The position numbers and the translations under genes were made by a program. DNA of 64,000 nt from Cyanobium sp. (GTDB lineage: Bacteria; Cyanobacteriota; Cyanobacteriia; PCC-6307; Cyanobiaceae), in the NCBI GenBank assembly GCA_046080725.1, contig JBJTUM010000195.1:6091-70090 (forward strand). Reading direction: 5' to 3'. A model generated the notes under the pieces. It did no database searches. It was not told the DNA's origin and saw only the letters and a list, made by a program, of their open reading frames with translations. The stretch's first letter is position 1. Every line of letters starts with the position of its first letter. Of the stretch, positions 35,180 through 45,443 are shown piece after piece.

Positions 35180-36490
35180 ATGCACATTGCCGTTATCGGC
35201 CTGAGCCACCGAACGGCTCCCGTTGAGATCCGGGAGAAGCTGAGTATCCCTGAGCAGAGCATGGAAGCTTCCCTGCATCAACTCAGGGATGATGAGCAGG
35301 TGCTTGAGGCTTCCATCCTCAGCACCTGCAATCGTCTGGAGATCTATGCGCTCCTTCGCCATCCCGATCAGGGCATACAGGCGGTTGGCAGTTTTCTCAG
35401 TGGGATTTCCGGGCTCAAGGTTGAGGATCTGTCCCCTCACCTCTTCACATACCACCATGCCGATGCCGTAGCCCACCTCTTGCGGGTTGCTGCGGGATTG
35501 GACAGCCTGGTGCTCGGAGAAGGCCAGATCCTTTCCCAGGTTAAAAAGATGGTCAGGTTGGGCCAGGAGTATCGCTCCATCGGTCCGATCTTGAACCGAC
35601 TTCTCACGCAAGCGGTCAGTACGGGGAAACGTGTCCGCTCGGAAACGAACCTCGGCACGGGAGCCGTGTCCATTAGCTCTGCGGCGGTTGAGCTAGCTCA
35701 GCTGAAAATTGGTCAAGCCCGAGGTCTCGAGGAACCGGTTCCCTTGGATCAGGAACAAGTTGCCGTGATTGGGGCAGGACGCATGGCCCGCCTCCTCCTT
35801 CAGCACCTTCGTTCCAAAGGATGCCCTGGAGCTGTGCTCCTGAATCGCACGGCGGCCAGGGCTGAGGCTCTGGCCGCCGATTTTCCTGATCTGCCCGTCC
35901 AGTGTCGTCCCCTGGATGATCTGGATCACTGCTTAAGCACTTGCTCCCTTGTGTTCACTAGCACCGCGGCTGAGCAACCAATGATTTCCCGTGAGCGTTT
36001 GGGGAACTTAAACAGGCGCTCTAGCTTGATGTTGGTAGACATTGGCGTGCCTAGAAACATCGCTGCCGATGTGACTGACCTCGCTGGTGTGACCCGCTTC
36101 GACGTGGATGATCTGCAGGAGGTCGTAGCACGCAATCAGGAGGCACGACGGGAAATGGCCGCTGAGGCTGAATCACTGCTTCAGGAAGAGTCGCGTCTTT
36201 TCCTGGAATGGTGGGATGGCTTGGAAGCGGTCCCGCTTGTGAACCGTCTGCGTTTGCAGCTGGAGGATATCCGCGAGCAGGAATTGCAGAAGGCCTTATC
36301 CCGCATGGGACCTGATTTCTCATCCAGGGAGCGCAAGGTTGTGGAAGCCTTGACCAAGGGAATCATCAACAAAATTCTTCATGGTCCCGTTACCCATCTT
36401 CGTTCCCCTCAGCCACGGAGCCAGCGTCTGATGGCGATGCGTGTGCTCGAGGAATTGTTTGCACTCAGGCAGAATCTTGAGGAAGACTGA
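35180..36490 (+). CDS. hemA: Glutamyl-tRNA reductase
   Basis: GLSHRTAP, LSTCNRLE, GLDSLVLGEGQI, DIGVPRNI. Confidence 0.97.
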   Translation: MHIAVIGLSHRTAPVEIREKLSIPEQSMEASLHQLRDDEQVLEASILSTCNRLEIYALLRHPDQGIQAVGSFLSGISGLKVEDLSPHLFTYHHADAVAHLLRVAAGLDSLVLGEGQILSQVKKMVRLGQEYRSIGPILNRLLTQAVSTGKRVRSETNLGTGAVSISSAAVELAQLKIGQARGLEEPVPLDQEQVAVIGAGRMARLLLQHLRSKGCPGAVLLNRTAARAEALAADFPDLPVQCRPLDDLDHCLSTCSLVFTSTAAEQPMISRERLGNLNRRSSLMLVDIGVPRNIAADVTDLAGVTRFDVDDLQEVVARNQEARREMAAEAESLLQEESRLFLEWWDGLEAVPLVNRLRLQLEDIREQELQKALSRMGPDFSSRERKVVEALTKGIINKILHGPVTHLRSPQPRSQRLMAMRVLEELFALRQNLEED

Positions 36491-36595
36491 AAGGAGAGTT
36501 CTCGCCGCCACAAAGTGCATCGAAGTGTCGCCGTGACTCCCGGCTGAGCGGGGTGCTCAGTTACGGTCGTCAGGCCATGAAAGCCAGTTGGCAAC

Positions 36596-37891
36596 ATGAA
36601 ACGCGTTTTGGCCATCATTCTTGGTGGAGGGGCGGGTACACGCCTCTATCCATTGACGAAAATGCGTGCCAAACCGGCTGTTCCGTTGGCTGGTAAGTAT
36701 CGGTTGATTGACATTCCTGTCTCAAACTGTATTAATTCCGAGGTTAATAAGATCTATGTTCTGACGCAGTTCAATAGTGCATCATTAAATCGTCATCTCA
36801 CGATGACCTACAACCTCTCGGCCGGATTTGGCCAGGGATTTGTTGAGGTTCTTGCAGCACAGCAGACACCTGAGAGCCCGAGTTGGTTTGAGGGCACAGC
36901 GGATGCGGTTCGAAAGTATCAATGGTTATTCCAGGAGTGGGATGTTGATTATTATTTGATACTCTCCGGCGATCAGTTATATCGCATGGATTACAGCAAG
37001 TTCGTGCAGCACCATATTGATACTGGTGCTCAACTCTCCGTTGGCGCCTTGCCGGTTGATGCCCTTCAAGCGGAAGGATTTGGCTTGATGCGTACGGATG
37101 CAAATGGAAAAATCCTGGAGTTTAAAGAGAAGCCCAAGGGAACTGAGCTGGAGTCAATGAAAGTCGATACAGCCAAGCTGGGACTCACCCCAGAAGAGGC
37201 AGCGTTGCGGCCATATTTGGCTTCTATGGGGATTTATGTCTTCAGTCGGGAAACACTATTTGATCTCCTCAATAGCAATCCAAAGGCGACAGATTTTGGC
37301 AAGGAAATTATTCCCACGTCGTTATCACGGGGAGATCGACTGCAAAGCTTCCTGTTTAATGACTACTGGGAAGATATCGGAACAATTGGGGCATTCTATG
37401 AGGCCAATCTCGCGTTGACAGATCAGCCGAATCCAGCCTTTTCTTTTTATGATGAAAAATTCCCAATTTATACTCGGCCGCGCTATTTGCCCCCGAGCAA
37501 ATTGCAGGATTCCCAAGTCACCCAATCCATTATTGGAGAAGGGTCTCTCCTAAAGGCTTGCAGCATTCACCACTGTGTATTGGGTGTGCGTACCCGTTTG
37601 GAGGACGACGTTGTTCTTCAGGACACCCTCGTGATGGGAGCCGATTACTTTGAATCCTCCGAAGAGCGTGAGGTGCTTCGAGAGCGAGGAGGAACGCCAA
37701 TTGGGGTGGGCCAGGGAACAACGGTTAGGCGGGCGATTCTTGATAAGAATGTCCGAATCGGTCGCAATGTCACCATTGTCAATAAGGATCATGTTGACGA
37801 GGCCGATCGGCCTGAGCTTAATTTCTACATTCGCAATGGAATAGTGGTGATTGTCAAAAATGGAACAATCGCCGATGGCACGACGATTTAG
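36596..37891 (+). CDS. glgC: Glucose-1-phosphate adenylyltransferase
   Basis: [32 protein letters not shown]. Confidence 0.98.
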   Translation: MKRVLAIILGGGAGTRLYPLTKMRAKPAVPLAGKYRLIDIPVSNCINSEVNKIYVLTQFNSASLNRHLTMTYNLSAGFGQGFVEVLAAQQTPESPSWFEGTADAVRKYQWLFQEWDVDYYLILSGDQLYRMDYSKFVQHHIDTGAQLSVGALPVDALQAEGFGLMRTDANGKILEFKEKPKGTELESMKVDTAKLGLTPEEAALRPYLASMGIYVFSRETLFDLLNSNPKATDFGKEIIPTSLSRGDRLQSFLFNDYWEDIGTIGAFYEANLALTDQPNPAFSFYDEKFPIYTRPRYLPPSKLQDSQVTQSIIGEGSLLKACSIHHCVLGVRTRLEDDVVLQDTLVMGADYFESSEEREVLRERGGTPIGVGQGTTVRRAILDKNVRIGRNVTIVNKDHVDEADRPELNFYIRNGIVVIVKNGTIADGTTI

Positions 37892-38048
37892 TCCCTCTTT
37901 AATGTCCACTTATCCTGCACGGGTATTGTCCGATCCTCTAGCCGATCAAATCTTTGCCATGCGCAAGCAGTTCCTGACATGCTCCCGATTTAGCTGACTT
38001 CGACCAGCTTGTATCGCCACACTTGTGTCACCCAATCCGGAGCGATCC

Positions 38049-39467
38049 ATGAGTAAGGCCCATTTTGGTTTGGTAGGACTTGGCGTGATGGGGGAGAACC
38101 TGGTTCTCAATGCCGAGCGCAATGGCTTCTCCAGCGTGGTTTTCAACCGCACCTACGGCAAAACCCAGGACTTCCTCGCAGGACGGGGTGCGGGCAAGGA
38201 CATCGTGGGGGCAAAAACCCTGGAAGAGTTTGTGACCAGTCTGGAGCGGCCTCGGCGGATCCTTTTGATGGTGAAGGCTGGCCAGCCTGTGGATGACATG
38301 ATCCAAACCCTTTCACCGATGTTGGAGGAGGGCGACCTGTTGATCGATGGCGGTAACTCTCTTTACACCGACACCGAGCGGCGGGTGAAGGAGCTCGAAA
38401 GCAAAAGCTTTGGTTTCATTGGGATGGGCGTTTCCGGAGGGGCTAAAGGCGCCCTTGAAGGGCCCAGCATGATGCCTGGGGGCACCCTGAGTGCGTATCA
38501 GGCGATCGAAGGCCTGGTTCGGAAAATGGCCGCTCAAGTGGAGGATGGTCCCTGTGTGACCTATGTCGGCCCTGGTGGGGCAGGGCATTTTGTCAAGACC
38601 GTCCACAACGGCATTGAGTACGGCATCGAACAAGTGCTTGCCGAGGCCTACGACCTGATGAAGCGGGTGGCGGGTATGGATGGGGATGCCATGGCGGATG
38701 TGTTGGCGGGTTGGAACCAAACCGAAGAGCTCGCCTCCTTCCTTGTGGAAATCACTGAGGTGTGTCTGCGCACCAAAGATCCTGAGACAGGGGACGATCT
38801 CGTCGAAAAAATCGTCGACGCGGCTGGTCAGAAGGGAACGGGTCTTTGGACCGTCGTGAGTGCCCTGGAGATGGGGGTGTCGGTGCCGACGATCTATGCC
38901 GCACTGAATGCCCGCGTGCTCAGCTCCTTGCGCAGCGAGAGGCTTGCCGCCGAAGCTGTGCTCCATGCTCCGGCACCCGCCCCGTTTGCCCTCGGTGATC
39001 CGGCAGATGGCATGCCCGCGCTGAGAGATGCCTGCATCCTGGCTTCCATGGCCAGTTATGCCCAGGGCATGGCCCTCCTCCAGGAGGCCTCCACCCTCCA
39101 TGATTACCACTTGGATCTCAGTGCCATCGGCCAGATCTGGAAGGGAGGGTGCATCATCCGGGCCCGTCTGTTGCAACGCATTCAAAATGCCTATGCGGCC
39201 AATCCCACCCTGCCAAACCTCCTTGTGGATCCCTGGTTTGCTGAGCAGGTCAATCGGCGTCTTTCTGGGTTGCGGGCTGTGGTTTCCGGAGCGGCGTTGG
39301 CAGGCATTCCCCTGCCCTGCCTGAGCAGCACCCTGGATTACATCGACAGCTATCGCACCGGACGCTTGCCCCAGAACCTGGTGCAGGCCATGCGGGATTG
39401 CTTTGGCTCCCACACCTATGAGCGGACGGATCGGCCAGGCTCCTTCCACACAGAATGGTTGTCATGA
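38049..39467 (+). CDS. gnd: 6-phosphogluconate dehydrogenase
   Basis: GLGVMG, VSGG, VHNGIEYG, GQKGTG, RDCFGSHTY. Confidence 0.97.
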   Translation: MSKAHFGLVGLGVMGENLVLNAERNGFSSVVFNRTYGKTQDFLAGRGAGKDIVGAKTLEEFVTSLERPRRILLMVKAGQPVDDMIQTLSPMLEEGDLLIDGGNSLYTDTERRVKELESKSFGFIGMGVSGGAKGALEGPSMMPGGTLSAYQAIEGLVRKMAAQVEDGPCVTYVGPGGAGHFVKTVHNGIEYGIEQVLAEAYDLMKRVAGMDGDAMADVLAGWNQTEELASFLVEITEVCLRTKDPETGDDLVEKIVDAAGQKGTGLWTVVSALEMGVSVPTIYAALNARVLSSLRSERLAAEAVLHAPAPAPFALGDPADGMPALRDACILASMASYAQGMALLQEASTLHDYHLDLSAIGQIWKGGCIIRARLLQRIQNAYAANPTLPNLLVDPWFAEQVNRRLSGLRAVVSGAALAGIPLPCLSSTLDYIDSYRTGRLPQNLVQAMRDCFGSHTYERTDRPGSFHTEWLS

Positions 39468-40192
39468 CCACCTACCACCTCCACATCGCCGCCAGTGGGG
39501 AGGATCTTGCCCGCCATACCGCCGAGCAGCTGGCTTCCACGATTGACCTGGCTCTCGCCGAGCGAGATCGCGCCCAGATCGCCCTGGCAGGGGGTTCTAC
39601 TCCCAGGGCAGCCTATCTGCGCCTTGGGACGGAACATCTGCCCTGGGATCGGGTGGATGTGCTTCTAGGTGATGAGCGTTGGGTCAGCCAGGAGGATCCC
39701 GCCAGCAATGCCAGGCTCCTTAGGGAGTCCCTTCTTGCGAATCATCCCGGTGAGCAGGCGTGCTTCCACCCTGTGCCGACCCACCTATCAACCCCAGAAG
39801 CCAGCGCTCAGGCCTATTCAGATTTACTGATCCAACTCTGCGGTAGTGCGCCTCCCACCTTGGATGTGGTGCTGCTTGGGCTTGGGGAGGACGGGCACAC
39901 CGCCTCCCTCTTCCCAGGCACCTCGGCCCCCATGGTGCGGGACCGGTGGGTGACCACCGGTGAGGGGAAAGGCCTTCCTCGGATCACTCTTACGGCTCCG
40001 GCCCTCTCGGCGGCACGCACGGTGATTTTCTTGGTGAGCGGTGCGGGAAAAAGGCAGGCCTTGGAAAGGCTTCTGGATCCCCAGGAATCTCCGGAGCGAA
40101 CCCCGGCTCGTCTGGTATGCCCTCGGAACGAGGTTCTGATTTTGGCGGATGCCGCTGCTGCTTCCGGCCTGCCCGAGCGCAGCAGCACCTGA
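39464..40192 (+). CDS. pgl: 6-phosphogluconolactonase
   Basis: LAGGSTP, DERWV, LGLGEDGHTASLFP. Confidence 0.95.
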   Translation: MTTYHLHIAASGEDLARHTAEQLASTIDLALAERDRAQIALAGGSTPRAAYLRLGTEHLPWDRVDVLLGDERWVSQEDPASNARLLRESLLANHPGEQACFHPVPTHLSTPEASAQAYSDLLIQLCGSAPPTLDVVLLGLGEDGHTASLFPGTSAPMVRDRWVTTGEGKGLPRITLTAPALSAARTVIFLVSGAGKRQALERLLDPQESPERTPARLVCPRNEVLILADAAAASGLPERSST

Positions 40193-40250
40193 GCCCTTGC
40201 CAGCAAGGGGCTCATGGGTCTTGCCAGAGTGGTTTCAGAGTCCTGTTCCC

Positions 40251-40844
40251 ATGGATCCAGTCACCCCCCCCTCTTCAACCTCCCAATCGCGAAGCGTTCT
40301 CCCGGGTGGAGCCTTCGTTGGATGGCATGCCCTCAATGACACGGTAATGGGGGGACGCAGCAGTGGCCAATGCACCCCCCAGTCCACGGGATTGCGCTTC
40401 GATGGGGAAGTGGTGGAAGAGGGTGGCGGCTTCATCTCCGTGCGCTCCCCCCTTTTTTCTCCCCCTTTGGATCTCTCCACCGCCAGCGGTCTGGAGCTTG
40501 AGATTTTTGGGGACGGGCGCCGCTTCAAGCTGGCCGTGGCCTGTGCCGATGGCGTGGCAGGCCTGACTGAGCTCATTCCTGGAGGCCTCCGATGGGTGCA
40601 TGAGTTTGGCACTAACGCAGAGGGGGTCACCAGGGTTGCGATTCGTTTCGCTGCCTTGATCCCTTCCGTGCGAGCACGGCCCTTGGAGGGATTACCCCTA
40701 GGGTTGCCCCTCCGCTTTGACCCCTCCCGCATCACACGGCTGCAACTGCTCCATTCTCGCTTTGGCGATGATGGCGGCCCGAATCCGGGCTTTCGGCCAG
40801 GTCCGATCCACCTTGAGCTCCAGGCTATCCATGCCTTGGGCTGA
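40251..40844 (+). CDS. CIA30 family protein
   Basis: W.ALNDTVMGGRS, GGGFISVRS. Confidence 0.85.
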   Translation: MDPVTPPSSTSQSRSVLPGGAFVGWHALNDTVMGGRSSGQCTPQSTGLRFDGEVVEEGGGFISVRSPLFSPPLDLSTASGLELEIFGDGRRFKLAVACADGVAGLTELIPGGLRWVHEFGTNAEGVTRVAIRFAALIPSVRARPLEGLPLGLPLRFDPSRITRLQLLHSRFGDDGGPNPGFRPGPIHLELQAIHALG

Positions 40845-41208
40845 TGCTGCCAATGCAGATCTGAGCCGTTTGGTGGCGGCCGCCGCTGATCTTTGCCGCA
40901 AACCTCTCCGTCATGGGGTTGTGCTGATCTCTGCTCCTGACGATGAAGATTGCAGCTTGCGACTGGAGGCCCGCTCTCCGGAGGGTGAACGCCTCGGTGA
41001 AGAGGATTTGGAACTCGAGCTCTACGTCAGCGGTGGCGAGTTGAATCTCACGCTCGCCTGGAGTGAAGATGAGGATCGGCCCATCCTTTGGCATGGGAAC
41101 CATCCCGTCTGGATGGGGCCTCAGGGGGAACGCTGTGACCGTCCCCCTGATGGACTCCCGATAGAAGCCCTGGCCCGCCGCTTACGGGCCCTCCTTGCCG
41201 CTGGTTGA
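40831..41208 (+). CDS. Conserved picocyanobacterial hypothetical protein
   Basis: AADLCRKPLRH..LELELY..RPILWHG.HPVWM..EALARRLRAL; start estimated. Confidence 0.65.
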   Translation: MPWADAANADLSRLVAAAADLCRKPLRHGVVLISAPDDEDCSLRLEARSPEGERLGEEDLELELYVSGGELNLTLAWSEDEDRPILWHGNHPVWMGPQGERCDRPPDGLPIEALARRLRALLAAG

Positions 41209-41215
41209 TCTCTTC

Positions 41216-42901
41216 CTATTTGCTTTGCGGTGCAGGTTGGTCGGTTACGGCACCCAAGCTGCTGGAGCTCACCTGGCGCGCATATTTGCCCAGCACACCC
41301 GTGGTATAGCGTGCTGGCAGCGGTGTCCAGGCTGCCCGCCGTCTGGCCAGCTCAGGGTCGTCCACGTTGAGCTGAATGAGAAGACGATCCGCATCTACCG
41401 TAATGCTGTCGCCCTCCTGCACAAGGGCGATGGTGCCCCCGACAGCCGCCTCTGGCGCTACATGCCCCACGACGAGCCCGTAGGTGCCTCCGGAAAAGCG
41501 GCCATCGGTGATCAGGGCCACCTTGTCTCCCAGCCCCTGCCCCACAATGGCTGCTGTTGGAGCCAGCATTTCCCGCATGCCGGGTCCCCCCACAGGTCCT
41601 TCATGGCGGATCACAACCACATCTCCAGCCAAAATTCGCCCGGCCAGGATCGCCTCCAGGCAGCTTTCCTCACTTTCAAACACTCGGGCCGGACCCGTGA
41701 GGATCGGGCTCTTGACTCCACTGATTTTGGCGACGCTGCCCTCGGTAGCCAGATTGCCCTTGAGGATCGCCAGATGGCCCTTGGGATATAGGGGAGCGTG
41801 GAGGGGACGAATCACGTCCTGGCCCTCGGGTGGCGCATCTGGAACGCCGGCAAGCACCTCCTCCAGCGTGCATCCCTCCACGGTGCGACAGTCTCCGTGG
41901 AGCAAGCCAGCGTTGAGCAGGAGCTTCATCACCTGGGGGATGCCCCCTGCTCTGTGTAGATCGACGGTGACGTAGCGGCCACTGGGTTTGAGATCGCAGA
42001 TCACCGGCACCCGTTGACGGATGGTTTCAAAGTCTTCAATGGTTAAGGGCACCCCTGCGGTGCGGGCCACCGCCAGGAGGTGGAGCACGGAATTGGTAGA
42101 GCCGCCGACGGCCATGATCACGGTGATGGCGTTCTCAAACGCTTCCCGCGTGAGCAGATCGCGAGGACAAATGTTCTTCGCGATGGCTTGCACCAGAACC
42201 TCGGCGCTGCGGGCGGCGCTATCCGCCTTCTCCTGATCCTCTGCCGCCATGGTGGAGCTGAAGGGCAGGCTGAGGCCCATGGCCTCGAAAGCCGCACTCA
42301 TGGTGTTGGCCGTAAACATTCCACCGCAGCTGCCTGCTCCTGGACAGGCATTTTTCTCGATGGCGGTGAGTTGCTCTTGATCAATCCTCCCGCCACTGTA
42401 TTGGCCAACGGCTTCAAAGGCACTCACCACGGTGAGATCACAGGCGCCCAGCTTCCCAGGCTTGATGGTGCCGCCGTAGATGAACACCGCGGGAATATTC
42501 ATGCGGGCCATGGCCAACATGGCGCCTGGCATGTTTTTGTCGCACCCACCGATCGCAAGCAGGCCATCCATGCTTTGTGCATTGCAGGCGGTTTCAATCG
42601 AGTCTGCAATGACCTCACGAGAAACCAAGGAATAGCGCATCCCTTCTGTGCCCATTGAGATGCCATCACTCACCGTGATCGTGCCAAACATCTGAGGCAT
42701 GGCCCCTGAGCGATGGGCAGCCTCCTCAGCCCGCTGAGCTAAGCCATTGAGTCCGATGTTGCAAGGTGTAATCGTGCTGTAGCCATTGGCGATCCCGATG
42801 ATCGGCTTATCAAAATCCCCATCCCCAAATCCCACGGCACGAAGCATGGCCCTGTTTGGAGACCGTTGTATCCCCTTGGTGATGGCGTCAGATCGCAACA
42901 T
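41216..42901 (-). CDS. ilvD: Dihydroxy-acid dehydratase
   Basis: [39 protein letters not shown]. Confidence 0.97.
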   Translation of the reverse strand: MLRSDAITKGIQRSPNRAMLRAVGFGDGDFDKPIIGIANGYSTITPCNIGLNGLAQRAEEAAHRSGAMPQMFGTITVSDGISMGTEGMRYSLVSREVIADSIETACNAQSMDGLLAIGGCDKNMPGAMLAMARMNIPAVFIYGGTIKPGKLGACDLTVVSAFEAVGQYSGGRIDQEQLTAIEKNACPGAGSCGGMFTANTMSAAFEAMGLSLPFSSTMAAEDQEKADSAARSAEVLVQAIAKNICPRDLLTREAFENAITVIMAVGGSTNSVLHLLAVARTAGVPLTIEDFETIRQRVPVICDLKPSGRYVTVDLHRAGGIPQVMKLLLNAGLLHGDCRTVEGCTLEEVLAGVPDAPPEGQDVIRPLHAPLYPKGHLAILKGNLATEGSVAKISGVKSPILTGPARVFESEESCLEAILAGRILAGDVVVIRHEGPVGGPGMREMLAPTAAIVGQGLGDKVALITDGRFSGGTYGLVVGHVAPEAAVGGTIALVQEGDSITVDADRLLIQLNVDDPELARRRAAWTPLPARYTTGVLGKYARQVSSSSLGAVTDQPAPQSK

Positions 42902-42989
42902 GTTGGCTCACCCAATCCCTTCGACCTTACTGCGTTCGTTGCCGAATGCCTGACAGTGCTTCACTGATCCTGGTCCTTGGAAACCGCCT

Positions 42990-43301
42990 TCAGGACTGGG
43001 CTTCTAGCGCTTCTAGCTGACGTCTGACCTCTTCAATCGCATGGTTCAGTTGTTGCACCCGCTCAGGCAAGGCATCCGCATTTCCGGAGTGCTCCGACAG
43101 GATTGGCTCCTCTGTGACAACGCCTCCCTGGAAGCGGGACAGACGCAGCAAGCGGCGTTCCCGCTCGGCAAGTTGTCTGCGTTGGCTCTGGCGCCACAGC
43201 CACCAGGCCAGGCCACCAGCCCCTGCAAGAGCACCGAGAAGGGTGCTGGTGAGGATCGGGGCGCCAGCCGAAGCATCAGAGGGGCGCTGGGGCTCTGGCA
43301 T
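42990..43301 (-). CDS. Hypothetical single-TM coiled-coil protein
   Basis: TM helix plus the C-terminal heptad VQQLNHAIEEVRRQLE; lies between upp and ilvD. Confidence 0.6.
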   Translation of the reverse strand: MPEPQRPSDASAGAPILTSTLLGALAGAGGLAWWLWRQSQRRQLAERERRLLRLSRFQGGVVTEEPILSEHSGNADALPERVQQLNHAIEEVRRQLEALEAQS

Positions 43302-43334
43302 GGAAGGGATCTGAAGATATGGAGATCATTCAGC

Positions 43335-44015
43335 CTAGGTGGCAATTGCATTATCTGTCTCTATGGCGGGTGATCCATACAACCTTTGAGCTGGATCGCC
43401 AAATCCTGGAAGGATCTGCGCTTGTTTGTTGAGCTCTGGATCAATACACGCGCAGTAAATGGTCAGCGAATCTGTGGCTTCCCCGACAGCCTTCAGGCCA
43501 GGAGAGGAGGCAAGGGGGGTGATCACCCTCAGCCGCGCTCCTTCGACACCTGATCTTCTAAGTCTGTCCAGGAGGGCCAGAAGGGTGCGCCCGGAAGCCA
43601 GCTGGGGAAGCCAAACTAAGATCCCCACCCGTTCGTCGACCACTGCTGGAAGGTCATCGAGATACCAGTGGGGGGGCTGATCGGGGGGGGCATCAATGCC
43701 CACGTGGCACACCCGTGCGGATGGCACAACCCCCTGCGCTCCTTGCCAGAGGCCCAGCCCCCCCCGAAGCACGGGGATAGCCAGCAAGGGCACGGATGGA
43801 TCGATCACTGTTCCTTCCGTCATGGCCAGGGGGGTCTCCACCTGGATCGAGCAATGAGGAAGCCAGTCTCTTAGCGCTTCATAAGTCAGCCACCGACCCA
43901 GTTCACCCATGGCCGTTGCGAATAGGGGGGAAGGGGTTGCGCGATCCCGCAGCAGGGTGAGCCAGTGGGCGATCAGGGGATGGGGGGGGACCACCACCCG
44001 CAACGACAGGGCCAT
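43335..44015 (-). CDS. upp: Uracil phosphoribosyltransferase
   Basis: VPPHPLIAHWL.LRD, PVLRGG, ILPGFGD..RLYG; PRPP loop somewhat degenerate (WLPQLASG). Confidence 0.85.
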   Translation of the reverse strand: MALSLRVVVPPHPLIAHWLTLLRDRATPSPLFATAMGELGRWLTYEALRDWLPHCSIQVETPLAMTEGTVIDPSVPLLAIPVLRGGLGLWQGAQGVVPSARVCHVGIDAPPDQPPHWYLDDLPAVVDERVGILVWLPQLASGRTLLALLDRLRRSGVEGARLRVITPLASSPGLKAVGEATDSLTIYCACIDPELNKQAQILPGFGDPAQRLYGSPAIETDNAIAT

Positions 44016-44054
44016 GGCTGCCATAACTTGAACCAAAAGCGTAAAGCTCCAGCC

Positions 44055-44588
44055 ATGCCTCGAACGGCGATGTCCATGGAATCCGCCCCCTTCCCTGCCT
44101 GGATCTGGAGAGGGGCCCTGCTTGTTGTTCTGGGCCTTGCCCTGCTGTTTCCCTACCCGGCTCTCGCTATCACGGCCCCAGAGTTAAGAGGACAGCGAAC
44201 CCTTCAGCAGATTGAGTCCGACATGCATGGTCGCAACCTCCAGCAGCAGGAATTCCTCAAATCTGATCTGGAGGGCGTGGATTTCCATGGGGCTGATCTG
44301 CGGGGTGCTGTCTTCAACGGCAGCAATCTTCAAGGGGCCGATCTGCGGGATGTGGATCTGCAAGATGCGGTTGTCTATGCCACCCGGCTGGACAAGGCCG
44401 ATCTGCGTGGGGCCCTGATGCGAAACGCCATGTTGATGCAGAGCCGCTTCACCGATGCCCAGATTGCCAATGCTGATTTCAGTGGTGCCGTTCTGGATCG
44501 GGCCCAGCGACGAGCTCTCTGCGCCAGGGCTGTTGGGGCCCATCCCCAGACAGGTGTCTCCACGAAGGACAGCCTGGAATGCGACTGA
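44055..44588 (+). CDS. Pentapeptide repeat protein (probably exported or lumenal)
   Basis: Signal peptide, ADLRG/SNLQG repeats, C-terminal C..C. Confidence 0.88.
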   Translation: MPRTAMSMESAPFPAWIWRGALLVVLGLALLFPYPALAITAPELRGQRTLQQIESDMHGRNLQQQEFLKSDLEGVDFHGADLRGAVFNGSNLQGADLRDVDLQDAVVYATRLDKADLRGALMRNAMLMQSRFTDAQIANADFSGAVLDRAQRRALCARAVGAHPQTGVSTKDSLECD

Positions 44589-44624
44589 GGCTGTCAACTC
44601 AACACCCATGAGTAGATTGCTGTT

Positions 44625-44753
44625 AATCGGTTCCATGGAGGATCAGTCCATGGACGTAAGGGGGAAAGTCCGGTGCACAGAGTCTCTGGAGTCCGGCGCT
44701 GTCCCGCAGCTGTGAAGATCGCACAAGCGATCCAGCCAGAACGCCCGCCGATT
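44625..44753 (+). ncRNA. Cobalamin riboswitch
   Basis: P1 AATCGG/CCGATT; GGGAAAGTCCGGTG...AGTCCGGCGCTGTCCCGCAGCTGTGA and B12-box-like AGCCAGAACGCCC; upstream of hupE-cobW. Confidence 0.9.
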
Positions 44754-44791
44754 TACCCCCTCAAGCCCGGCGAGGACCGGCGGCACTCCTA

Positions 44792-45442
44792 ATGACTCCC
44801 CACTCTCTGCCAAAGGCTGTAGGCGCGATTCCTGATCGCCTCCGCCCATGGTTCTTTCCTTTTGGCACGGGCCTTGGACTCATTGCCCTTGGAATGGCTG
44901 GCCAGCCAGCGGAGGCCCACCATCTCATGGATCTCTCCCAACTGCCCCCCTCCCCAGCTGCTGGGTTGCTCAGCGGCCTGGCCCATCCCATCCTGGGCCC
45001 GGACCATTTGTTGTTTCTGTGCTCGCTGTCGCTCGTGGGCTTGCGCCACCGAGCTCAATGGATGCTGGCGCTCTTAGTCACTGGTCTGCTGGGCAGTGGG
45101 CTGGGCTTGCTGCTTCCCGGTCTGCCCTTTGCCGAAGCAGCGGTGGCTTCCAGTCTGGTAGTAGTGGCGATGGTGTGGCTGAAGCATTGGCCCAAGGGCC
45201 TTCTTTTGCCTGCCATTGCTCTCCATGGCTACGTGCTGAGCCACACCGTTCTTGGATGGAGTCAGGCACCCTTGGCCTTCTACGGACTGGGCCTGCTCCT
45301 GAGCCAGAGTGTCCTCCTCCTGCTGGCTCTCACCCTGCTGAGGTCCCTCGTGGATGGGCTCTCCGCTCACCAACGGTCCCTGATCTGTGGGGTCTTGATT
45401 GGTTGCGGCAGCGCTTGGACCCTCTCAGCCCTCGTGGCCTGA
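44792..45442 (+). CDS. hupE: HupE/UreJ family Ni/Co transporter
   Basis: AEAHH, SGLAHPILGPDHLLF, LHGY. Confidence 0.9.
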   Translation: MTPHSLPKAVGAIPDRLRPWFFPFGTGLGLIALGMAGQPAEAHHLMDLSQLPPSPAAGLLSGLAHPILGPDHLLFLCSLSLVGLRHRAQWMLALLVTGLLGSGLGLLLPGLPFAEAAVASSLVVVAMVWLKHWPKGLLLPAIALHGYVLSHTVLGWSQAPLAFYGLGLLLSQSVLLLLALTLLRSLVDGLSAHQRSLICGVLIGCGSAWTLSALVA

Positions 45443-45443
45443 G

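Noticed and set aside
38313-39449. 378-aa minus-strand ORF
   Set aside because: Antisense shadow of gnd
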